From the human T2T-CHM13v2.0 reference genome, Homo sapiens, in assembly GCF_009914755.1 (NCBI RefSeq), contig NC_060948.1: a stretch of 64,000 nt of DNA. The stretch is one strand, 5' to 3'. The notes below the pieces were generated by a model that had not been told where the DNA came from, searched no databases, and worked only from the letters and a program-made list of their open reading frames with translations. Shown here piece after piece: positions 53,401 to 64,000 of this stretch. Position 1 is the stretch's first letter. Each line of letters begins with the position of its first letter. Position numbers and translations under genes: made by a program.

Positions 53401-56400
53401 CTTGAATTAAATGGACTGGAATGCAATGAACTCGAACAGAGTGGAATGGAATGTGTTGAGATAGAATGGAATGGACTCCTTCGGAATGGTGTAGCATGCA
53501 ATGCAATCGACTGGCAGGGAATCAAAAGGAATGTAATGGAATGGATTGGACTGGAATGCAATGGACTCGAATAGATTGGAAACGGAATGCAAAGGAATGG
53601 AATGGAATAGTATGGAATGGAATGGAAAGGAATGGAGTGGAATAGACTAGAGTGGAATGGAATGGACTGGAAAGCAATGGACTGGAATGGAACTTTCTTG
53701 AATGGACTGGAATCAAACGGAATGGAATGCAATGCAATCAAATGGCATGGAATAAAATAGAATGAAAGAGAATCAAATGGAATTGAATCGAATGGAATCG
53801 AATGGATTGGAAAGGAATAGAATGGAATGGAATGGAATTGACTCAAATGGAATGGACTAGAATGGAATGGATTCGAATGGAAGGCAAAGGAATGGAATCT
53901 ATTGGAATGGACTGTAATGGAATGGAATGGAAGGGATTGGAATGGACTCGAATGGAATGGACTGCAATAAAAAGGATTCGAATGGAATGAAAAAGAATTG
54001 AATGGAATAGAACAGAATGGAATCAAATCGAATGAAATGGAATGGAATAGAAAGGAATGGAATGAAATGGAATGGAAAGGATTCGAATGGAATGCAATCG
54101 AATGGAATGCAATCGAATGGAATGGAATCGAACGGAATGGAATAAAATGGAAGAAAACTGGCAAGAAATGGAATCGAAATGAATGGAGTGTTATGGAACG
54201 GACTCAAAAGGAATTGAATGTAATAGAATGGAGTGGAGTGGACTCGAATATAATGGACTGGAATGGAATGAAATCACATGGAATGGGAACGAATGGAATG
54301 GAATGGAAAGGAATGGAATCGAATGGAAAGGAATCGAATGGAAGGGAATGAAATTGAATCAACAGGAATGGAAGGGAATAGAATAGACGGTAATGGAATG
54401 GACTCGAATAGAATGGACACGAATGCTCAAATTGAATGGACTCGAATGGAATGGAAACGAAAGGAATGTCATCGAATGGAATTGAATCGATTGGAATGAA
54501 ATCGCATAGAATGGAGTGGAATCAAATGGAATTGAATCGAAAGGAAAGGAAGCGAATGGACTGAAATGAAATGGAATGGAATTGAATGGAAAGTAATGCA
54601 ATGGAATAGAATGGAACGAAATTTCACGGAATGGAATCAAACTGAATGGAATCAAATCAATGGAATCAAATCAAATGGAATGGAAAGGAATTGAATGGAG
54701 TAGATTGGATTGGATGGGATTGGAATGAAATGTACTGGAAAGGACTCGAATTTCATGAAACGGAATGGAATGAATTGGAACGGAATGGACTCGAATGGAA
54801 TGGAATGTCATGGAATGGCATCAAATGGAATGGCATCAAATGGAATGGAATCGAATGCAATGGAATGCTATGGAATGGAATGGAATGCATTGGAATGGAA
54901 TGTCCTCTAATGGAATGGATTCGAGTGGAATGGAATCGAATAAAATGGAGTCGAATGAAATGGAATTGAAAGGAATGGGATCGAATACAACGGAATATAC
55001 TGGAATGTAATGTAATGAACTCGAATGTAATTGACTGGAATGGAATGTACATGAATGGAATGTAATCGAATGGAAAGTAATCCAATGGAATAGAATCTAA
55101 TGCAATAAAATCGACTCAGATAGAGTAGAATGTAATGGAATGGAGTGCAGTGCAATGGAATGGAATGGAATGGAATGCAATGGAATGGAATGGAATGCAA
55201 TGGAATGGAATGGAATGGAATGGAATGGAATGGAATGGAATGGAATGGGATGGAATGGTTTGGAATGGATAGTAATGGACTGGAGTGAAATTTACCGGAA
55301 AGGAATGGACTCAAATTGAAAGGGCTCGAAAGGAATGGAGTCAAATGGAATGGTCTGGAATGGAATGAACACGAATGTAATGCAATCCAATAGAATGGAA
55401 ACGAATGGCATGGAATATAAAGAAATGGAATCGAAGAGAATGGAAACAAATGGAATGGAATTGAATGGAATGGAATTGAATGGAATGGGAACGAATGGAG
55501 TGAAATTGTATGCAGTAGAAGGGAATAGAATGGAATGCAAGCGAAAGGAAAGGAATGGATTGGAATGGAATGGAATTCATTGGAATGGAAGGGAATGTAG
55601 TGTAATGGACAGGCCTGGAATAAAGTGGAATGCTACGGTCTCGAATGGAATAAAAATGTATGGAATGGAATGCAATGAAACGGAATTGAATGTCATAGAA
55701 TGTAATGGAATGCAAAAAAATGGAATCCAAAATCATTGACTGGAAAGGCTGGGTGTCGAAAGGAATTGACTCCAATGGAATGGAATCGAATGGAATGGAA
55801 GTGAATAGAATCGAACTAAATCGAATGGAATGGAATTGATAGGAGCGGAATGGAAAGGAATGCAATGATTTGGCATGGAATGGAATCGAATGGCATCGAA
55901 TGGAATGGAATGGAATGCAATGGAATGGAATGTATTAGAATGTAATGAACTTTAATGGAATGTACTCGAATGGATTCGACTGGAATGGAATGTTCTGGAA
56001 GTGAATGGACTCCAATGGAATGGATTCAAAAGGAATGGAATCGTACGGAATGGAAACTAATGGAATGGAATTAAATGGAAATGAATCAAATTGAATAGCA
56101 CGGAATTGAATTCAATGGAATCGAATGCAATGGAATCTAATGAAACGGAAAGGAAAGGAATGGAATGGAATGGAATGGGCTGGAATGGAAAGGAATCGAA
56201 ACGAATGGAATGGAATCGAACTGAAGAGACTGGAATGGAATGCACTGGAATGGAAGGGAGTGTAATGGAAGGTTCTCGAAAAAAATGGAATCGAATGGAA
56301 TGCAATTGAATGGAACGGAATAGAGTCGAATGGAATTGAATGGAATGGAATGGACTAGAGTGAAATGGAATCGAACCACAAGGAATGGACAGGAATAGAA

Positions 56401-59400
56401 TGGTCTCGAATTGAATGGAATCGTATGGAATGGCATCAAACGGAATGGAATGGACAGCCACGGAATGGAATGCACTCGAATGCAATGGAGTCGAAACTAA
56501 TGGACTGGAATAGAATGGACTCGACTGGTACGGACTCCAATCGAATGGAATCGAATGGAAGGGAATCGATCGGAATGGACTCGAATGGAAAAGACTGCAA
56601 TGGAAAGGTCTCGAATGGAATGGAAATTAATGGAATGGAATGGAATCGAATGAAATGGAGTCAAAAGGAATGCAATCGAATGGCAAGAAATCGAATGTAA
56701 TGGAATCGCAAGGAATTGATGTGAACGGAACGGAATGGAATGGAATCCAAAGGAATGGAATAGAATGGAACGGAATCGAATGGAAAGGACTCGAATGGAA
56801 ATCACTCGAATAGAATGCAATTTAATAAAATAGGATCAAATGTAATGGAATGGAATGGAAAGGAATCGAAACGAAAGGAATGGAGACAGATGGAATGGAA
56901 TGGAACAGAGAGCAATGGTATAGAATGGAATGGAATCATCTGGAATGGAATTGAATGGAATGGAATAATATGAAATGGAATGGAATGGAATGCCCTTGAA
57001 TTAAATGGACTGGAATGCAATGAACTCGAACAGAGTGGAATGGAATGTGTTGAGATAGAATGGAATGGACTCCTTCGGAATGGTGTAGCATGCAATGCAA
57101 TCGACTGGCAGGGAATCAAAAGGAATGTAATGGAATGGATTGGACTGGAATGCAATGGACTCGAATAGATTGGAAACGGAATGCAAAGGAATGGAATGGA
57201 ATAGTATGGAATGGAATGGAAAGGAATGGAGTGGAATAGACTAGAGTGGAATGGAATGGACTGGAAAGCAATGGACTGGAATGGAACTTTCTTGAATGGA
57301 CTGGAATCAAACGGAATGGAATGCAATGCAATCAAATGGCATGGAATAAAATAGAATGAAAGAGAATCAAATGGAATTGAATCGAATGGAATCGAATGGA
57401 TTGGAAAGGAATAGAATGGAATGGAATGGAATTGACTCAAATGGAATGGACTAGAATGGAATGGATTCGAATGGAAGGCAAAGGAATGGAATCTATTGGA
57501 ATGGACTGTAATGGAATGGAATGGAAGGGATTGGAATGGACTCGAATGGAATGGACTGCAATAAAAAGGATTCGAATGGAATGAAAAAGAATTGAATGGA
57601 ATAGAACAGAATGGAATCAAATCGAATGAAATGGAATGGAATAGAAAGGAATGGAATGAAATGGAATGGAAAGGATTCGAATGGAATGCAATCGAATGGA
57701 ATGCAATCGAATGGAATGGAATCGAACGGAATGGAATAAAATGGAAGAAAACTGGCAAGAAATGGAATCGAAATGAATGGAGTGTTATGGAACGGACTCA
57801 AAAGGAATTGAATGTAATAGAATGGAGTGGAGTGGACTCGAATATAATGGACTGGAATGGAATGAAATCACATGGAATGGGAACGAATGGAATGGAATGG
57901 AAAGGAATGGAATCGAATGGAAAGGAATCGAATGGAAGGGAATGAAATTGAATCAACAGGAATGGAAGGGAATAGAATAGACGGTAATGGAATGGACTCG
58001 AATAGAATGGACACGAATGCTCAAATTGAATGGACTCGAATGGAATGGAAACGAAAGGAATGTCATCGAATGGAATTGAATCGATTGGAATGAAATCGCA
58101 TAGAATGGAGTGGAATCAAATGGAATTGAATCGAAAGGAAAGGAAGCGAATGGACTGAAATGAAATGGAATGGAATTGAATGGAAAGTAATGCAATGGAA
58201 TAGAATGGAACGAAATTTCACGGAATGGAATCAAACTGAATGGAATCAAATCAATGGAATCAAATCAAATGGAATGGAAAGGAATTGAATGGAGTAGATT
58301 GGATTGGATGGGATTGGAATGAAATGTACTGGAAAGGACTCGAATTTCATGAAACGGAATGGAATGAATTGGAACGGAATGGACTCGAATGGAATGGAAT
58401 GTCATGGAATGGCATCAAATGGAATGGCATCAAATGGAATGGAATCGAATGCAATGGAATGCTATGGAATGGAATGGAATGCATTGGAATGGAATGTCCT
58501 CTAATGGAATGGATTCGAGTGGAATGGAATCGAATATAATGGAGTCGAATGAAATGGAATTGAAAGGAATGGGATTGAATACAAAGGAATATACTGGAAT
58601 GTAATGTAATGAACTCGAATGTAATTGACTGGAATGGAATGTACATGAATGGAATGTAATCGAATGGAAAGTAATCCAATGGAATAGAATCTAATGCAAT
58701 AAAATCGACTCAGTTAGAGTAGAATGTAATGGAATGGAGTGCAGTGCAATGGAATGGAATGGAATGGAATGCAATGGAATGGAATGGAATGGAATGGAAT
58801 GGGATGGAATGGTATGGAATGGATAGTAATGGACTGGATTGAAATGGACTGGAAAGGTATGGACTCAAATTGAAAGGGCTCGAAAGGAATGGAGTCAAAT
58901 GGAATGGTCTGGAATGGAATGAACACGAATGTAATGCAATCCAATAGAATGGAATCGAATGGCATGGAATATAAAGAAATGGAATCGAAGAGAATGGAAA
59001 CAAATGGAATGGAAGTGAATGGAATGGAATTGAATGGAATGGGAACGAATGGAGTGAAATTGTATGCAGTAGAAGAGAATAGAATGGAATGCAAGCGAAA
59101 GGAAAGGAATGGATTGGAATGGAATGGAATTCATTGGAATGGAAGGGAATGTAGTGTAATGGACAGGCCTGGAATAAAGTGGAATGCTACGGTCTCGAAT
59201 GGAATAAAAATGTATGGAATGGAATGCAATGAAACGGAATTGAATGTCATAGAATGTAATGGAATGCAAAAAAATGGAATCCAAAATCATTGACTGGAAA
59301 GGCTGGGTGTCGAAAGGAATTGACTCCAATGGAATGGAATCGAATGGAATGGAAGTGAATAGAATCGAACTAAATCGAATGGAATGGAATTGATAGGAGC

Positions 59401-62400
59401 GGAATGGAAAGGAATGCAATGATTTGGCATGGAATGGAATCGAATGGCATCGAATGGAATGGAATGGAATGCAATGGAATGGAATGTATTAGAATGTAAT
59501 GAACTTTAATGGAATGTACTCGAATGGATTCGACTGGAATGGAATGTTCTGGAAGTGAATGGACTCCAATGGAATGGATTCAAAAGGAATGGAATCGTAC
59601 GGAATGGAAACTAATGGAATGGAATTAAATGGAAATGAATCAAATTGAATAGCACGGAATTGAATTCAATGGAATCGAATGCAATGGAATCTAATGAAAC
59701 GGAAAGGAAAGGAATGGAATGGAATGGAATGGGCTGGAATGGAAAGGAATCGAAACGAATGGAATGGAATCGAACTGAAGAGACTGGAATGGAATGCACT
59801 GGAATGGAAGGGAGTGTAATGGAAGGTTCTCGAAAAAAATGGAATCGAATGGAATGCAATTGAATGGAACGGAATAGAGTCGAATGGAATTGAATGGAAT
59901 GGAATGGACTAGAGTGAAATGGAATCGAACCACAAGGAATGGACAGGAATAGAATGGTCTCGAATTGAATGGAATCGTATGGAATGGCATCAAACGGAAT
60001 GGAATGGACAGCCACGGAATGGAATGCACTCGAATGCAATGGAGTCGAAACTAATGGACTGGAATAGAATGGACTCGACTGGTACGGACTCCAATCGAAT
60101 GGAATCGAATGGAAGGGAATCGATCGGAATGGACTCGAATGGAAAAGACTGCAATGGAAAGGTCTCGAATGGAATGGAAATTAATGGAATGGAATGGAAT
60201 CGAATGAAATGGAGTCAAAAGGAATGCAATCGAATGGCAAGAAATCGAATGTAATGGAATCGCAAGGAATTGATGTGAACGGAACGGAATGGAATGGAAT
60301 CCAAAGGAATGGAATAGAATGGAACGGAATCGAATGGAAAGGACTCGAATGGAAATCACTCGAATAGAATGCAATTTAATAAAATAGGATCAAATGTAAT
60401 GGAATGGAATGGAAAGGAATCGAAACGAAAGGAATGGAGACAGATGGAATGGAATGGAACAGAGAGCAATGGTATAGAATGGAATGGAATCATCTGGAAT
60501 GGAATTGAATGGAATGGAATAATATGAAATGGAATGGAATGGAATGCCCTTGAATTAAATGGACTGGAATGCAATGAACTCGAACAGAGTGGAATGGAAT
60601 GTGTTGAGATAGAATGGAATGGACTCCTTCGGAATGGTGTAGCATGCAATGCAATCGACTGGCAGGGAATCAAAAGGAATGTAATGGAATGGATTGGACT
60701 GGAATGCAATGGACTCGAATAGATTGGAAACGGAATGCAAAGGAATGGAATGGAATAGTATGGAATGGAATGGAAAGGAATGGAGTGGAATAGACTAGAG
60801 TGGAATGGAATGGACTGGAAAGCAATGGACTGGAATGGAACTTTCTTGAATGGACTGGAATCAAACGGAATGGAATGCAATGCAATCAAATGGCATGGAA
60901 TAAAATAGAATGAAAGAGAATCAAATGGAATTGAATCGAATGGAATCGAATGGATTGGAAAGGAATAGAATGGAATGGAATGGAATTGACTCAAATGGAA
61001 TGGACTAGAATGGAATGGATTCGAATGGAAGGCAAAGGAATGGAATCTATTGGAATGGACTGTAATGGAATGGAATGGAAGGGATTGGAATGGACTCGAA
61101 TGGAATGGACTGCAATAAAAAGGATTCGAATGGAATGAAAAAGAATTGAATGGAATAGAACAGAATGGAATCAAATCGAATGAAATGGAATGGAATAGAA
61201 AGGAATGGAATGAAATGGAATGGAAAGGATTCGAATGGAATGCAATCGAATGGAATGCAATCGAATGGAATGGAATCGAACGGAATGGAATAAAATGGAA
61301 GAAAACTGGCAAGAAATGGAATCGAAATGAATGGAGTGTTATGGAACGGACTCAAAAGGAATTGAATGTAATAGAATGGAGTGGAGTGGACTCGAATATA
61401 ATGGACTGGAATGGAATGAAATCACATGGAATGGGAACGAATGGAATGGAATGGAAAGGAATGGAATCGAATGGAAAGGAATCGAATGGAAGGGAATGAA
61501 ATTGAATCAACAGGAATGGAAGGGAATAGAATAGACGGTAATGGAATGGACTCGAATAGAATGGACACGAATGCTCAAATTGAATGGACTCGAATGGAAT
61601 GGAAACGAAAGGAATGTCATCGAATGGAATTGAATCGATTGGAATGAAATCGCATAGAATGGAGTGGAATCAAATGGAATTGAATCGAAAGGAAAGGAAG
61701 CGAATGGACTGAAATGAAATGGAATGGAATTGAATGGAAAGTAATGCAATGGAATAGAATGGAACGAAATTTCACGGAATGGAATCAAACTGAATGGAAT
61801 CAAATCAATGGAATCAAATCAAATGGAATGGAAAGGAATTGAATGGAGTAGATTGGATTGGATGGGATTGGAATGAAATGTACTGGAAAGGACTCGAATT
61901 TCATGAAACGGAATGGAATGAATTGGAACGGAATGGACTCGAATGGAATGGAATGTCATGGAATGGCATCAAATGGAATGGCATCAAATGGAATGGAATC
62001 GAATGCAATGGAATGCTATGGAATGGAATGGAATGCATTGGAATGGAATGTCCTCTAATGGAATGGATTCGAGTGGAATGGAATCGAATATAATGGAGTC
62101 GAATGAAATGGAATTGAAAGGAATGGGATTGAATACAAAGGAATATACTGGAATGTAATGTAATGAACTCGAATGTAATTGACTGGAATGGAATGTACAT
62201 GAATGGAATGTAATCGAATGGAAAGTAATCCAATGGAATAGAATCTAATGCAATAAAATCGACTCAGTTAGAGTAGAATGTAATGGAATGGAGTGCAGTG
62301 CAATGGAATGGAATGGAATGGAATGCAATGGAATGGAATGGAATGGAATGGAATGGGATGGAATGGTATGGAATGGATAGTAATGGACTGGATTGAAATG

Positions 62401-62790
62401 GACTGGAAAGGTATGGACTCAAATTGAAAGGGCTCGAAAGGAATGGAGTCAAATGGAATGGTCTGGAATGGAATGAACACGAATGTAATGCAATCCAATA
62501 GAATGGAATCGAATGGCATGGAATATAAAGAAATGGAATCGAAGAGAATGGAAACAAATGGAATGGAAGTGAATGGAATGGAATTGAATGGAATGGGAAC
62601 GAATGGAGTGAAATTGTATGCAGTAGAAGAGAATAGAATGGAATGCAAGCGAAAGGAAAGGAATGGATTGGAATGGAATGGAATTCATTGGAATGGAAGG
62701 GAATGTAGTGTAATGGACAGGCCTGGAATAAAGTGGAATGCTACGGTCTCGAATGGAATAAAAATGTATGGAATGGAATGCAATGAAACG
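50460..62790 (+). repeat. Block of near-identical units from two overlapping recent duplications (periods 3589-3594 and 3554 bp)
   Basis: Shared private variants: gaaatttaccgg (~51693, 55287); extra EcoRI (52514, 56108, 59662); taggagcgg; ctcagttagag (~58710, 62264). Confidence 0.85.
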
Positions 62791-64000
62791 GAATCGAATG
62801 TCATAGAATATAATGGAATGCAAAAAAATGGAATCCAAAATCATTGACTGGAAAGGCTGGGTGTCGAAAGGAATTGACTCCAATGGAATGGAATCGAATG
62901 GAATGGAAGTGAATAGAATCGAACTAAATCGAATGGAATGGAATTGATAGGAACGGAATGGAAAGGAATGCAATGATTTGGCATGGAATGGAATCGAATG
63001 GCATCGAATGGAATGGAATGGAATGCAATGGAATGGAATGTATTAGAATGTAATGAACTTTAATGGAATGTACTCGAATGGATTCGACTGGAATGGAATG
63101 TTCTGGAAGTGAATGGACTCCAATGGAATGGATTCAAAAGGAATGGAATCGTACGGAATGGAAACTAATGGAATGGAATTAAATGGAAATGAATCAAATT
63201 GAATAGCACGGAATTGAATTGAATGGAATCGAATGCAATGGAATCTAATGAAACGGAAAGGAAAGGAATGGAATGGAATGGAATGGGCTGGAATGGAAAG
63301 GAATCGAAACGAATGGAATGGAATCGAACTGAAGAGACTGGAATGGAATGCACTGGAATGGAAGGGAGTGTAATGGAAGGTTCTCGAAAAAAATGGAATC
63401 GAATGGAATGCAATTGAATGGAACGGAATAGAGTCGAATGGAATTGAATGGAATGGAATGGACTAGAGTGAAATGGAATCGAACCACAAGGAATGGACAG
63501 GAATAGAATGGTCTCGAATTGAATGGAATCGTATGGAATGGCATCAAACGGAATGGAATGGACAGCCACGGAATGGAATGCACTCGAATGCAATGGAGTC
63601 GAAACTAATGGACTGGAATAGAATGGACTCGACTGGTAGGGACTCCAATGGAATGGAATCGAATGGAAGGGAATCGATCGGAATGGACTCGAAGGGAAAA
63701 GACTGCAATGGAAAGGTCTCGAATGGAATGGAAATTAATGGAATGGAATGGAATCGAATGAAATGGAGTCAAAAGGAATGGAATCGAATGGCAAGAAATC
63801 GAATGTAATGGAATCGCAAGGAATTGATGTGAACGGAACGGAATGGAATGGAATCCAAAGAAATGGAATAGAATGGAATGGAATCGAATGGAAAGGACTC
63901 GAATGGAAATCACTCGAATAGAATGCAATTTAATAAAATAGGATCAAATGTAATGGAATGGAATGGAAAGGAATCGAAACGAAAGGAATGGAGACAGATG

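Larger units (their letters stand above)
1..64000 (+). repeat. DYZ1: Human Satellite III (GGAAT)n array, DYZ1-type (Yq12 heterochromatin), ~18 tandem units of ~3.55 kb
   Basis: Continuous GGAAT/CGAAT/GGACT pentamer variants, GGAAT on + throughout. Unique landmarks (ggcaagaaatggaatcgaaatg, aaggctgggtgtcg, ggacagccacgg, tttaataaaatagg) recur every ~3.5-3.6 kb, and every unit has a conserved GAATTC and AGGCCT. The classical DYZ1 unit is a 3564-bp EcoRI/HaeIII pentamer repeat. Chromosome assignment is by recognition, not alignment. Confidence 0.93.

Noticed and set aside
1-64000. CRISPR-like or prokaryotic repeat system
   Set aside because: No repeat-unique spacer architecture and no associated genes; this is eukaryotic satellite DNA.
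1-64000. HSat2, DYZ2/Alu block, or strand inversion
   Set aside because: No CATTCGATTC-dominated HSat2 pattern, no AT-rich or Alu sequence, and no switch to ATTCC on the + strand seen in the window.

Overview
The whole 64 kb window is one uninterrupted, single-orientation array of diverged (GGAAT)n pentamers, i.e. human classical Satellite III. It is organised into a ~3.5-3.6 kb higher-order unit. Unit length, one conserved EcoRI and one HaeIII/StuI site per unit, and a net -1 register shift over four points per unit match DYZ1 (Yq12 heterochromatin). There are about 18 units, with StuI AGGCCT sites at 1517, 5066, 9507, 13029, 16553, 20062, 23575, 27109, 30653, 34202, 37751, 41310, 44859, 48428, 52017, 55611, 59165 and 62719. 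I see no protein-coding genes, RNA genes, transposons, DYZ2/Alu blocks or inversions, and all listed ORFs are artefacts of the pentamer. The points of interest are structural. Each unit carries three perfect heat-shock elements (nGAAnnTTCnnGAAn) at fixed positions. One unit has an old in-register 887-bp sub-unit tandem duplication. There are recent whole-unit duplications, two of them staggered and overlapping, plus sub-family blocks, probable conversion tracts and one hypervariable pure GGAAT tract per unit. All variant calls and counts were read by eye. I found no evidence for a new gene-based system.
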